Origin: an uncultured Acidobacteriota bacterium
GTDB taxonomy: Bacteria; Acidobacteriota; Thermoanaerobaculia; UBA5066; Gp7-AA6
Assembly (NCBI GenBank): GCA_963764715.1
Contig: CAVXTP010000021.1
Span: forward strand, 1 to 64,000
Length of the DNA stretch: 64,000 nucleotides
Direction of reading: 5' to 3'
In this document: positions 37,866 through 48,040 of the stretch, piece by piece
Numbering within the stretch: position 1 is the first letter of the stretch
How the letters are laid out: each line of letters begins with the position of its first letter
Program-made: the position numbers and the translations under genes
The notes under the pieces: model-generated
Databases searched by the model: none
The model's input: the letters and a program-made list of their open reading frames with translations, nothing else
What the model was told of the DNA's origin: nothing

Positions 37866-40802
37866 TTGTCCCGAGCCACCCCGCGACCGGATGCCGCGCT
37901 TCGCGGCCTGGTCGGCATCCTCTTTCTCGGCCTCGCGAGCGCAGTCCAGGCGGCGACGTACGCGCACGTGCCGGCGACCTACGGCTGGATCGATCCGTCC
38001 GCCCACGCGCCGGCGGTCTGGAGCAACCCCACGCTCTGCACGGCCTTCGGGGACACGATCGGCGACGACTCGATCACGGCGCCCATCGACATCGGGTTTC
38101 CGTTTGTCTTCGGCGGCAACACGTACACCCAGCTGAACATCATGACGAACGGCCGGCTGCAGTTCGGCAACACCTACTGCTATGCCGGCACGCAGAACAC
38201 GGGGCCGCCCCGCACCTACACGATCCCTTACCCGGACGGGAACCTCACGAACACCATCCGGGTGTACGGGACGGACTTCGACGCCAGCCCGAGCGGATCG
38301 GGCGGAGGGCCGGGCGCGACGACCTGCCCATCGCCGGCCTGCGCCGTCCTGTACACGGCGACCCCGCTCGGTTCGGCCCCGAACCGTCAGTTCGTCGTGA
38401 CCTGGCAGGCGGTTCCCGACTGGGGAACGACCGGAAGCTTTTTCAACGTCCAGGCGATCCTGAACGAGAACGGGACGTTCGTCTTTCAGTTCGGGCCGAA
38501 CAACAATCTCAACGGAGGCCATCCCGACGTCGGCTGGGAGCTGACCACGTCGGATTACGACAAGATCACCTACACGACCAGCGCCTCGCTGACGGGCACG
38601 GCGATCCTCTTCTATAACCCCGGGGTCACGCCGACACCGACACCCACGGCGACCTTCACCCCCACCAACACGCCGACAAATACCCCCACGAATACCCCCA
38701 CGAATACCCCGACCAACACGCCGACGTTCACGGCCACGGCGACCCCGACATTCACTCCTTCGAACACGCCGACGTTCACTCCGAGCAACACCCCGACGTT
38801 CACCCCGAGCAACACGCCGACCAACACACCGACGAATACCCCCACGAACACCCCCACCAACACGCCGACGAACACGCCGACCAATACGCCGACCAACACG
38901 CCGACGTTCACTCCCTCGAACACACCGACGTTCACGCCGAGCAACACGCCGACGTTCACGCCGAGCAATACGCCGACCAACACGCCCACGAATACGCCGA
39001 CGTTCACCCCGTCGCGGACGCCGACGTTCACGCCGAGCAACACGCCGACGTTCACGCCGAGTAATACGCCGACCAACACGCCCACGAATACGCCGACGTT
39101 CACCCCGTCGCGGACGCCGACATTCACGCCGAGCAACACACCGACGTTCACGCCGAGCAACACGCCGACGGACACCCCGACCAACACGCCGACGTTCACC
39201 CCGTCGCGGACGCCGACGTTTACGCCGAGCAACACGCCGACGTTCACGCCGAGCAACACCCCGACGAACACGCCGACCAACACGCCGACGTTCACCCCGT
39301 CGCGGACGCCGACGTTTACGCCGAGCAACACGCCGACGTTCACGCCGAGCAACACCCCGACGAACACGCCGACCAACACGCCGACGTTCACCCCGTCGCG
39401 GACGCCGACGTTTACGCCGAGCAACACGCCGACGTTCACGCCGAGCAACACGCCGACGGACACCCCGACGAACACGCCGACGTTCACCCCGTCACGGACG
39501 CCGACGTTTACGCCGAGCAACACGCCGACGTTCACGCCGAGCAACACCCCGACGTTCACTGCGAGCAACACCCCGACGAACACGCCGACGTTGACCGCGA
39601 CTCACACGCCGACGTTCACTCCCTCGAACACGCCGACATTCACGCCGACCTTCACGTCGACGCCGACTCCGACCTTCACGCCGACCTCGACTCCGACGTC
39701 CACGCCCACGCCCACGCCGACGTTCACGACGACGCCGACCCCGACCTTCACGCCGACGGCGACCCCGACGCCCACGAACACGCCGACCGCGACGGCGACG
39801 CCGACGAGCACGGCGACACCCACGGCCACGCAGACGCCGACGGTGACGCCGACTCCGGTTCCGCCGGTTCCGACAGCCCTGGCCGTCGACCTCGACGGGT
39901 CGGGGACGACCTCCAACCTGAACAAGGTGCTCGAGTCGGGCGAGACCGTGGTGGTCGAGCCCGGCTGGCTCAATCCCAACGGGTTCGCCCTGGGGATGAC
40001 GGGGACCGCCTCGAACGTGGCCGGCCCGCCGGGACCCTCGTACGGGATCGCCGATTCCTCCGCGAGCTACGGCCTGGTCGCCTCGACCGCCGTGTCGGAC
40101 TGCTGGGGCGCCACCCCGGGTCACGACTGTTACCTGATCACGGTGACGGGCGCGCGTCCGGTGCCGCACTGGGACGCGACGTTCGACGAGGCATTGAGCT
40201 TTGGTTCGACCGCGGCGCCGAAGACCTGGACGCTGCACGTCGGCGAGAGCTTCCTCGACGTCCCGACGTCGCAGCAGTTCTACGCCTTCATCGAGAACAT
40301 CTTCCACAACGGCATCACCGGGGGCTGCGGCGTCGGCGCGTACTGTCCCGGCAATTCGACGACGCGCGCGCAGATGGCGGTGTTCCTGCTGAAGTCGAAG
40401 CACGGCGCGTCGTACCTTCCGCCCGGCTGCGCGGGCGTCTTTGCCGACGTCCCGTGCCCGAGCCTGTACGCGGACTGGATCGAGGAGCTCGCGGCCGAGG
40501 GAATCACGGGAGGCTGCGGCGGAGGCAACTACTGTCCGTCCAATCCCGTGACGCGGGCCCAGATGGCCGCCTTCCTCCTCAAGGCGAAGTACGGCGCGTC
40601 GTACGTTCCGCCCGCCTGCGCGGGCCTCTTCTCCGACGTTCCTTGCCCGAGCCAGTTCGCCGACTGGATCGAGGAGCTCTACTCCGAGGGCATCACGGGC
40701 GGTTGCGGCGCCGGGATCTACTGCCCGTCGAGCCCGAACAACCGCGGACAGATGGCCGTCTTCCTGGTGAAGACCTTCGGCCTGCGACTGTACGGCCCGT
40801 AG
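37866..40802 (+). CDS. Surface protein: N-terminal globular domain, ~400-aa Thr-Pro repeat stalk, C-terminal SLH domains
   Basis: Signal peptide, NGRLQFG/QFVVTW motifs, [11 protein letters not shown] repeats, three SLH-like units (GITGGCG..YCP...TRAQMAVFL). Confidence 0.88.
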   Translation: MSRATPRPDAALRGLVGILFLGLASAVQAATYAHVPATYGWIDPSAHAPAVWSNPTLCTAFGDTIGDDSITAPIDIGFPFVFGGNTYTQLNIMTNGRLQFGNTYCYAGTQNTGPPRTYTIPYPDGNLTNTIRVYGTDFDASPSGSGGGPGATTCPSPACAVLYTATPLGSAPNRQFVVTWQAVPDWGTTGSFFNVQAILNENGTFVFQFGPNNNLNGGHPDVGWELTTSDYDKITYTTSASLTGTAILFYNPGVTPTPTPTATFTPTNTPTNTPTNTPTNTPTNTPTFTATATPTFTPSNTPTFTPSNTPTFTPSNTPTNTPTNTPTNTPTNTPTNTPTNTPTNTPTFTPSNTPTFTPSNTPTFTPSNTPTNTPTNTPTFTPSRTPTFTPSNTPTFTPSNTPTNTPTNTPTFTPSRTPTFTPSNTPTFTPSNTPTDTPTNTPTFTPSRTPTFTPSNTPTFTPSNTPTNTPTNTPTFTPSRTPTFTPSNTPTFTPSNTPTNTPTNTPTFTPSRTPTFTPSNTPTFTPSNTPTDTPTNTPTFTPSRTPTFTPSNTPTFTPSNTPTFTASNTPTNTPTLTATHTPTFTPSNTPTFTPTFTSTPTPTFTPTSTPTSTPTPTPTFTTTPTPTFTPTATPTPTNTPTATATPTSTATPTATQTPTVTPTPVPPVPTALAVDLDGSGTTSNLNKVLESGETVVVEPGWLNPNGFALGMTGTASNVAGPPGPSYGIADSSASYGLVASTAVSDCWGATPGHDCYLITVTGARPVPHWDATFDEALSFGSTAAPKTWTLHVGESFLDVPTSQQFYAFIENIFHNGITGGCGVGAYCPGNSTTRAQMAVFLLKSKHGASYLPPGCAGVFADVPCPSLYADWIEELAAEGITGGCGGGNYCPSNPVTRAQMAAFLLKAKYGASYVPPACAGLFSDVPCPSQFADWIEELYSEGITGGCGAGIYCPSSPNNRGQMAVFLVKTFGLRLYGP
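38627..39860 (+). repeat. Coding tandem repeat with 12-bp units and 96-bp and 288-bp higher-order periods
   Basis: TPSR-coding units recur every 96 bp (six copies, ~39007-39487). The TPTD variant is at 39171 and 39459. Confidence 0.95.
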
Positions 40803-40814
40803 GCGAAAGCCGAG

Positions 40815-41084
40815 CTAGCGGGAGTCGGTGCGCCCGCGGACCGGGCGCGCCTCGGGCACGGGGTAGTCGGTGGGGTAAGGCTTCGACGACGCGAACTCCG
40901 TGTTGCAACCCCGGGCGCAGATCCACCACCCGTCGGGATCCATCTCGCGGCGCTCGGAGGCGACCTGCCCGCCGCAGCGCAGGCAATAGGCGCGTCGGAT
41001 CGGCTGTCCGCAACCCGGACGCTCGATCAGTCCGAGGCCGCTCCGGCGCAACTCTTCTGGACTGAGGTCCTTTGGTCCGTGCAT
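40815..41084 (-). CDS. Small hypothetical protein with Cys pairs
   Basis: YCLRCGG...WICARGC. A TACATT -10-like hexamer lies 8 nt before the ATG. Confidence 0.5.
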   Translation of the reverse strand: MHGPKDLSPEELRRSGLGLIERPGCGQPIRRAYCLRCGGQVASERREMDPDGWWICARGCNTEFASSKPYPTDYPVPEARPVRGRTDSR

Positions 41085-41160
41085 GGAACGGACAATGTAG
41101 GGCCGGACCCGGGAAATCGCGTGTGACGGGAGACACGTGCCGGTCCGCCGGACGGCCGCG

Positions 41161-41364
41161 TCAGGCTCGGGGCGGAATGTCTTGCGGACGCTTGCCGCGG
41201 TCGGCGGGGTCGCGCTGCGCATGCTTGCGCGGGTCGAAGGCCACGGCGGCGTAGCAGATCGGGCACTTCAGGCGGCCGTCCCCGGGGATCGTCGCGAACC
41301 TCGGCGACCGGCACGCCGAGCAGAACCAGCGGGCCAGCCGGCGCTCCTCCCCCTCGAATGCCAT
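41161..41364 (-). CDS. Small zinc-ribbon-like protein
   Basis: WFCSACR...LKCPICY. A TAACAT -10-like hexamer lies 8 nt before the ATG. Confidence 0.55.
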   Translation of the reverse strand: MAFEGEERRLARWFCSACRSPRFATIPGDGRLKCPICYAAVAFDPRKHAQRDPADRGKRPQDIPPRA

Positions 41365-41603
41365 TGGACGGAATGTTAGCGCGTTCGCCGCCGGATCCGC
41401 GCGTCGCCGACCGGAAAGTCGAATGCGCCGTCTTCCCGCGGCCCGACACGCGGCCCGATGCTCCGAATCGGAGACGGGACCGCGAATCGCCGGCGACGAC
41501 CGCAATTCGCAACGCCGGAACACGCTCGAGTCTCCGCCGATGTTCTCTCCGCCACGCTCGCCTCGAAGGGCCGAACGCGCGCAAGTCCCCTGATTCCAGA
41601 ACG

Positions 41604-41619
41604 TGGCACGGATTCTGCT
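41604..41619 (+). promoter_or_regulatory. sigma54 (-24/-12) promoter
   Basis: TGGCACG-GATT-CTGCT with correct GG-N10-GC spacing. Confidence 0.7.
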
Positions 41620-41674
41620 CTTTTGGAGGGGCGTGGCCGCAACAGGCGGCCACAGAAAACGAAAGGAGACAGCG

Positions 41675-42469
41675 ATGCGATCCCTGACTCGTTACCTGCT
41701 GGCAGGCGCTGCGGTGTTCGTCATCGCGGCCGGCGCGGCGAAGGCGCAGGAGCCCGACCCCGCGACCGAGGCTCCCCAGCCGACCGCCACGGCGCCCGCT
41801 GCGACGCCGACGCCGAGCGCGATGGCCCCGACGGCGATGTCGAACGACACGACTTCTTCGAGCGCTGCGCCGACCGAGACGCAGGCGCAGCCGGCGCCGC
41901 CGGTGGAGGCCGCGCCGTCCGACGTCCAGAGCGCTCCGGCCCCGGTTCCGCCGCCGCCTTCGGTCGCTGAATCGCCCAGGGTCGTCGAAGAGCCGAAGGC
42001 CGCGATCGCCGAGAAGCCGGCGAAGGTCAAGAAGTCCGCCGCCAAGGCTTCGCAGCGGAAGGCCCTCGAGGCCGCCGCCACCGAGCCGAAAAAGGACGAG
42101 CGCGAGAAGTCGGCCGAGTCCGCCGCCACCGCGGCCACGGATCCGGGCTCGACGCCGCCCTCCGACGGCGGACCCTCGGGAACGACGGCTCCCGCCCCGG
42201 CGGGCAGCGATGCGGCTCCGATGGTCCCGCCCCTGTCCTCGGACGAAACCAACGCGGCCGCCCGCACGGAGACGGTCGAGACGAAGACGGCCGACTCGGG
42301 GCGCGGCGCCGGGACGTTCATCGTCCTCGCGGCCCTCGCGCTGGGCATCGCCTTCGTGGTCGGACTGACGGTCCGGCGTCGCCGGGCCGAGAAGCTCTCG
42401 ATCTTCGATCGTTCCCTGACGGGTCCGGCGCCCCGCGCGCCTCAGCCGCCGATCGTCAACCAGTACTGA
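41675..42469 (+). CDS. Exported Ala/Pro-rich low-complexity protein with C-terminal TM anchor
   Basis: AAAGGAGA SD, signal peptide, C-terminal hydrophobic helix followed by RRRR. Confidence 0.8.
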   Translation: MRSLTRYLLAGAAVFVIAAGAAKAQEPDPATEAPQPTATAPAATPTPSAMAPTAMSNDTTSSSAAPTETQAQPAPPVEAAPSDVQSAPAPVPPPPSVAESPRVVEEPKAAIAEKPAKVKKSAAKASQRKALEAAATEPKKDEREKSAESAATAATDPGSTPPSDGGPSGTTAPAPAGSDAAPMVPPLSSDETNAAARTETVETKTADSGRGAGTFIVLAALALGIAFVVGLTVRRRRAEKLSIFDRSLTGPAPRAPQPPIVNQY

Positions 42470-42492
42470 GGCCGGGTTCCACAATTTCGCCG

Positions 42493-42523
42493 GAGGCGGG
42501 TCAAGCCCCGCCTCTTTTTTTTT
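42493..42523 (+). terminator. Rho-independent terminator
   Basis: GAGGCGGG-TCAAGC-CCCGCCTC followed by T9. Confidence 0.9.
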
Positions 42524-42544
42524 GCCCGGCGAAACGGTGGCAGC

Positions 42545-44716
42545 CTAGCGCGGACTCCAGAGATCGACTTCCGCCTTGAGGTGATCGTCGATGCCGGCGG
42601 AGGGCTTCGGGCGGCTGACCCAGTAGCCCTGCATCTCGTCGCAGCCGTAGCCCTGGAGGAGCGTGAACTGGTCCTTGCTCTCGACGCCCTCGGCGATCAC
42701 GTTGAGGCGCGAACCGTGGGCCATCTCGATGATCGCCCGCACGATGCCCGCGTCGGCGGGGTTGACGGGGAGGTCGGTGACGAACGAGCGGTCGATCTTG
42801 AGGGACGTCACGGGATAGCGCTTCAGATAGCTCATCGAGGAGTAGCCGGTGCCGAAGTCGTCGATCGCGATGCCCACGCCCATGCTCCGCAGGATGTTGA
42901 GGTTCGCCACGACGATCTCGGCGCCCTCCATCGCGGTCGATTCCGTGATCTCGACCTCCAGGTGGCGCGGCTCCAGGTTGGCGTCCCCCAGGGCCCGCTC
43001 GACGAGCGAGGTGAGGTTCCGTTCGCGGAACTGGCGGGCGGAGAAGTTGACCGAGACGCGGAGGCCGGAGATCCAGGCTTCCTGCCAGCGCCGGAGCTGC
43101 ATGCAGGCGGAGCGCAGCACCCAGTCGCCGAGCGGCAGGATCAGCCCCGTCTCCTCGGCCACCGGGATGAACGTCGTGGGGCCGACGAGGCCCTTCGTCG
43201 GATGCTGCCAGCGCACCAGCGCCTCGAGGCCCACGGTGCGGCCGGTGACGATGCTCGTGATCGGCTGGTAGTGCAGGACGAGCTCTTCCTGGTCGACCGC
43301 GAGGCGCAGCCCCTTCTGCAACGCGAGGTGCTCGGCGGCGTGCTCGGTCAGCTCCCGGGTGCAGAGCTGAAAGTTGTTGCGGCCGAGCTCCTTCGCCCGA
43401 TACATCGCCGCGTCGGCGTTGCGCAGGAGGGATTCGCCGTCGGCGCCGTCCTCCGGATAGCTCGCGATGCCGATCGACGCCGCGATCTGGACGGTGCGCC
43501 CGTCGAGAGAGAACGGCCGGGAGACCAGCGTGAGGAGCTTGGCGGCGATGCCGGCGAGGTCCTCGCTCTGCCGGAGCTCGGGCACGAGGATCACGAACTC
43601 GTCGCCGCCCATGCGGGCGACCGTGTCGGCCTCGCGCACGGAGCGTTTCAGGCGGAGCGCGAGCGACTGGAGCAGGCTGTCGCCGACGGCGTGCCCGAAG
43701 CTGTCGTTGACGTACTTGAAGAAATCGATGTCGAGGTAGACGACGGCGAGCCGGCGGCTGTGACGCTTGGCCTGGGCCACGTCGACGTCGAGGCGGTCGA
43801 GCAGGCGCGCGCGGTTGGGCAGCTTGGTCAGAGGGTCGTTGTAGGCCTGGGCGATGATCTGGGCCTCCGCGCGCCGCCGATCGCTGATGTCCGTCAGTGT
43901 CCCGATGACGGCCGGGCGGCCCTCGAACTCGACGGCCGTTTCGAGGACTTCGACCTCGACGGGCTGGCCGTTCTTGCGGATCGCGTGGAACGTGTAGGGA
44001 GCGCCGTCCTCCCCGCCCTCGAGCGTCTGCCGGACACGGGAGAAGACGAGGGCATGGTCGTCGAGCGCGACGAGGCTCGCGAACGACTCGAACGCCAGGA
44101 CCTCGGACTGCGTGTAGCCGAGCGTCGCCGCAAACTTGGGGTTGACGTAGCGGTACCGTCCGTCCTGGACGAGATACATGCCGGCGACCGACTGCTCGAC
44201 GAGTCGCTTGAACTCGGGCGCGACCGAGGTGCTGGCCTCCAGCGTGCGCCGCCGCGCGGTCACGTCCCGGACGACGCCCACGACGCCGCGGATCAGGCCG
44301 GCCGCGTCGCGGTGGGGCGAGAAGACGGCCGAGAGCCAGCGCCCGGCGGCGCCGCGGACCCCGGGCCACGAAAAGTCGTCCGACGTCACGGTGTCGCCGG
44401 CCAGCGCCCGCTCGAGGAGGGCGGCGACGTCCTTCTGGCGGGCCGGTGGAAAGACCTGGAGGATGTCCCGCCCCAGGGCGAAGCCCGGAGAGACGCCGGT
44501 CAGCTCCTCCATGCGCGGGTTCCAGAGCGTGTGCCGCAGGTCGCGGTCGTAGGCAATGAGGCCGTCGCCGGTCGAGGCGATCACCTCGTCGGGCAGGGCG
44601 TCCCCCGAAGGGTTTCCCAGGGGATGCGGGCCCTCGAGCGGAACGCCCGGAAATTCCTCGTCCGCCCGCTCGCCTCGCGGGGACATGCCGGTCTCGCTTC
44701 CCTCCGGAGGCGTCAT
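42545..44716 (-). CDS. PAS-PAS-GGDEF-EAL c-di-GMP cyclase/phosphodiesterase
   Basis: Two PAS domains, DPLTKLPNR, GGDEF, EALVRW, DDFGTGYSS. Confidence 0.96.
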   Translation of the reverse strand: MTPPEGSETGMSPRGERADEEFPGVPLEGPHPLGNPSGDALPDEVIASTGDGLIAYDRDLRHTLWNPRMEELTGVSPGFALGRDILQVFPPARQKDVAALLERALAGDTVTSDDFSWPGVRGAAGRWLSAVFSPHRDAAGLIRGVVGVVRDVTARRRTLEASTSVAPEFKRLVEQSVAGMYLVQDGRYRYVNPKFAATLGYTQSEVLAFESFASLVALDDHALVFSRVRQTLEGGEDGAPYTFHAIRKNGQPVEVEVLETAVEFEGRPAVIGTLTDISDRRRAEAQIIAQAYNDPLTKLPNRARLLDRLDVDVAQAKRHSRRLAVVYLDIDFFKYVNDSFGHAVGDSLLQSLALRLKRSVREADTVARMGGDEFVILVPELRQSEDLAGIAAKLLTLVSRPFSLDGRTVQIAASIGIASYPEDGADGESLLRNADAAMYRAKELGRNNFQLCTRELTEHAAEHLALQKGLRLAVDQEELVLHYQPITSIVTGRTVGLEALVRWQHPTKGLVGPTTFIPVAEETGLILPLGDWVLRSACMQLRRWQEAWISGLRVSVNFSARQFRERNLTSLVERALGDANLEPRHLEVEITESTAMEGAEIVVANLNILRSMGVGIAIDDFGTGYSSMSYLKRYPVTSLKIDRSFVTDLPVNPADAGIVRAIIEMAHGSRLNVIAEGVESKDQFTLLQGYGCDEMQGYWVSRPKPSAGIDDHLKAEVDLWSPR

Positions 44717-44777
44717 CGTGAAGGCGTCAGGATCTGACGCTTGATTCTAACAGGCCGGCGGCCGGCCCCGGCCGGAG

Positions 44778-45164
44778 TTACCGGGACATCTTCGCGGCGG
44801 CGCGGATCGCGGCGTCGATCCCGGACTCCGCGCGGATCGCCTTGACGCGCGCGCGCGCCTGCTTGGAGAGTCTTCGGATCGCGCCGAGGTAGCGGCCCTG
44901 GGCCTGGCGCGCGGTCCGCTGGGCGCGGGAGATGGCGCGGCGGGCCCGGGGACCTTCGCGGGCGGCCGTCTTCGCGACCGAGGTGGCGACGTCTTCGCCG
45001 AGCGCCGACAGGCGGGCGCGAAGTTCGCGGATGGTCTTCTCGCGGCGCTTCAGCGCGGCGGTCACGTCCCGGGCGGCGACCTTCCCATCCTCGAGCAGCA
45101 TCTGCAGGGCGAGTGCGGCGTGGTGCGCCGAGAGCTTCAATGCGGTCTTCGTCTTGCGTCTCAC
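44778..45164 (-). CDS. Small highly basic helical hypothetical protein
   Basis: GTG start, MRRKTKTALKLS...RQAQGRYLGAIRRL...AAAKMSR. Codon usage looks host-like. Confidence 0.7.
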   Translation of the reverse strand: MRRKTKTALKLSAHHAALALQMLLEDGKVAARDVTAALKRREKTIRELRARLSALGEDVATSVAKTAAREGPRARRAISRAQRTARQAQGRYLGAIRRLSKQARARVKAIRAESGIDAAIRAAAKMSR

Positions 45165-45308
45165 GGTTATGTATGTCCTTTCGAGGATGCATTCTATGGC
45201 CAGAAACCCGTATGGAGGGACGTTCATTTGACGAATCCAAGTCGTATGACGAGTGTAATTCGTATGTGCGTGTACTATCCGCGCTCTCTTATGGAAAGGG
45301 GTAACGGA

Positions 45309-46895
45309 ATGCGACGCCTTGCCACCCTCGTTTTCGCGCTGGTCGCGGCGACCGCCTTCGGCGCCGATCCGGCGCCCGCGCCGGTCTCGCTCACGCTCGC
45401 CGAGGCGACGCGGAGTGCCCTCGAAAAGAACAATGCGCTGTCGGTCGAGCGCCAGAACGTCGTGCAGGCGGACGCCGCGGTGACCGGGGCGCACGGCGCG
45501 TACGACCTCTTCTGGACGGCCGAGGGCCGGTACCGGGACCACACCGATCCGATCAACTCGCAGTTCTCGGGGGCCCCGGAGGGGGACCTGGCGCCGACGA
45601 TGACCGACGCCGCGATCTCGACCTCGTTCTCGCAGCTCCTGCCGACCGGCGGACGCGTCGACCTGTCGACGGGGTGGGGCCGCGACACGACCAACGCGGT
45701 CTTCACGATCCTGTCGCCGGCGTATTCGACGTTCGCGGGAATCTCGCTCCGCCAGCCGCTCCTGCGGGACCTCTCGATCGATCCCGCGCGCGAGGCGATC
45801 CGCATCGCGGTCGCGCAGCGAGGCGAGACGGAGGCCCAGCTCCGCGCGACGGTGGCCGACACCGTGACGCAGGTCGACTTCCAGTACTGGACCCTGGTGG
45901 CGGCGCGCCGCAACGTCGCCTCGATCCAGAGCTCCGTCGAGCTCGCCGGGAAGCAGCTCGAGGAGACGAAGAGCCGCGTCGAGGCGGGGGTCCTCGGCGA
46001 GACGGACATCGCGCAGCCGACGGCCGAGCGGGACCGCCGGCTCGGCAACCTCGCCCTCGCGCAGCAGGCGGTGGTGCGGGCCGAGTCGGCGTTGAAGCAG
46101 CTGATCTTGGCCGACCCCGCCGATCCGCTCTGGGCCGCGGAGATCATGCCGTCGGACAGCCCCGAGGCCGAGTTCGAGCAGCCCGACCTCGACGCGGCGC
46201 TCGCCTCCGCGCGCCTGAAGCGTCCGGAGCTCGTGGCCGCGGAGGCGCGGCGCACGGTCGCGGAGGTCGTGGTCCAGGCGCGCAAGAGCGACGTCCTTCC
46301 GCGGCTCGACCTCGTCGGAGCGTACGCCCGCAACGGGCTGGCCGGCAGCCAGAATCCCGACGCGGTCAGCTTCGACGGCCAGCCGATCGTCGTGCCGCCG
46401 CCGCTGCTCGGGGCGAGCGGCCGCTCGTACGGAACGATCGGCGAGAACCGATTCCCGGACTACTCGGTCGGCCTCGCGTTTTCCGTGCCGATCCAGAACC
46501 GGGCCGCGAAAGCCAACCTGGCGATCTCGAAATCGCAGCTCGAACAGTCGATCGTCGACCTCCAGTCCACGGGCCAGCAGGTCGAGGCCGAGGTTCGCAA
46601 CGCGTTCAGCGCCCTGGCGACCGAGCGCTCGCGCGTGGCCGCGGCGCGCTCCGGGCTCGAGGCCGCGCAGATCCAGCTCTACGCCGAACAGGAGCGATTC
46701 GCCGTCGGCCTCTCGACGAACTTCCTCGTGCTGACCCGCCAGAACGACCTGACGCAGGCCCGCGTGACGGAGACCGATGCCCTCACCGACTACCGGCGGG
46801 CGGCGACCGAGCTCCTGCGGGCGACGGGCGTCCTGCTCGAGCGGCGCAACATCACGATCGAGCCGCCGGCCGCCCCGGGGGGCGGGACGCGGTGA
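45309..46895 (+). CDS. TolC-family outer membrane protein
   Basis: LTLAEAT..ALEKN, QPLLR, LPRLDL, ERFAVGLSTNFLVL. Confidence 0.92.
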   Translation: MRRLATLVFALVAATAFGADPAPAPVSLTLAEATRSALEKNNALSVERQNVVQADAAVTGAHGAYDLFWTAEGRYRDHTDPINSQFSGAPEGDLAPTMTDAAISTSFSQLLPTGGRVDLSTGWGRDTTNAVFTILSPAYSTFAGISLRQPLLRDLSIDPAREAIRIAVAQRGETEAQLRATVADTVTQVDFQYWTLVAARRNVASIQSSVELAGKQLEETKSRVEAGVLGETDIAQPTAERDRRLGNLALAQQAVVRAESALKQLILADPADPLWAAEIMPSDSPEAEFEQPDLDAALASARLKRPELVAAEARRTVAEVVVQARKSDVLPRLDLVGAYARNGLAGSQNPDAVSFDGQPIVVPPPLLGASGRSYGTIGENRFPDYSVGLAFSVPIQNRAAKANLAISKSQLEQSIVDLQSTGQQVEAEVRNAFSALATERSRVAAARSGLEAAQIQLYAEQERFAVGLSTNFLVLTRQNDLTQARVTETDALTDYRRAATELLRATGVLLERRNITIEPPAAPGGGTR

Positions 46896-47098
46896 GCCGG
46901 CGTGCCCGCCCGCGCCCCGGCCGGGCGACGGGGTCGCGCTCGCGGCGGCGGGGAGCCTTCGGACGGGGCGGACCGAACCGGATCCCCGGGACGCGACGGC
47001 GCCCCCTCTTGCCGCACCGGCCGAACGGGCGTACCTTGTGCGCTAACCGGCGCCCGAAGCCTCGACTCGACAACTCACTGCGGACAAGGAGGATTGCG

Positions 47099-47980
47099 AT
47101 GAGATCCCGATCCACATTCCTGGCCGTTGCTACCGCCGCCCTCGCCGCCTCGACGGCGCTCGCCCAGACGGGTCTCGTCCGCGTCGCGGGCCCACCGATG
47201 ACGATCTCGCAGGCCCTGCAGCGAATGACGCCGAGCGCGGTCCTCGGTCCCGGAGTCGAGCGCAAGGTCATCCAGCTCGAGACTGCGGACAGCGCGTTCC
47301 TCATCCCGGCGGCGGGCAGCGTCCAGGGAGCGGGGAACACGTACTTCCGATCCGATTTCTCGGTCGGCAACTACCGTGCGTCGACGCAGACGATCGGGAT
47401 CGGCTGGATCGCGCAGGGCATCGACAACTCCGCTGCGCCGCTCACGTACTTCTCCATTCCTGGGAACCAGACGGTCATCCAGTCGGACGTCGTGGCGGCG
47501 GCTCTCCACAAGAGCGGCCTCGGGTCGATCATCGTCTTCGGCGAGACGGCTTCGCACAACACCGATTCATCTGCTCAGCTCCTCGGATTCTCGCGGATCT
47601 GGAGCAACCAGCCCAATGCCTCGGGCACGGTGTCGCTCCAGTTCCCGGCCGTTTCGCCGTTCGATTCGATCGGCTCGGCGCACGCCTACGCGCTGGGATT
47701 GCGGCACGACAGCCAGTATCGGACCAACGTCGGGATCGTCAATCTCGACTCCGTGCAGCACCTGTGGACCGTCCGCATCGCCGGACTGAATTCGACCGCA
47801 ACCTTCAACGTGACCGTTCTTCCCTACTCGATGAAGCAGACGCCGTTGCCCTCGGGCAACTACGGCGACCTCTTCCTCGACCTGCAGCCCAGCGGATCGG
47901 GCTTCCCGTGGAGCGCCTACGGCGCGTCGGTCGACAACATCACGGGCGACGGCTGGGTGGCGCGGGCGATCCAGCCCTAG
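47099..47980 (+). CDS. Secreted hypothetical protein
   Basis: GGAGG SD, signal peptide, IPAAGSVQGAGNTYFRSD, YRTNVGIVN, AYGASVDNITGD. Confidence 0.8.
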   Translation: MRSRSTFLAVATAALAASTALAQTGLVRVAGPPMTISQALQRMTPSAVLGPGVERKVIQLETADSAFLIPAAGSVQGAGNTYFRSDFSVGNYRASTQTIGIGWIAQGIDNSAAPLTYFSIPGNQTVIQSDVVAAALHKSGLGSIIVFGETASHNTDSSAQLLGFSRIWSNQPNASGTVSLQFPAVSPFDSIGSAHAYALGLRHDSQYRTNVGIVNLDSVQHLWTVRIAGLNSTATFNVTVLPYSMKQTPLPSGNYGDLFLDLQPSGSGFPWSAYGASVDNITGDGWVARAIQP

Positions 47981-48040
47981 CCGGGCGGCCCGGTTGAATC
48001 TTCCCCCGCCGGCCGGACGTAGTTTCCGCCGGAGGGCGAC

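Noticed and set aside
38612-39979. Val-Gly-rich minus-strand ORFs (323 aa and 125 aa)
   Set aside because: They are antisense shadows of the Thr-Pro repeat.
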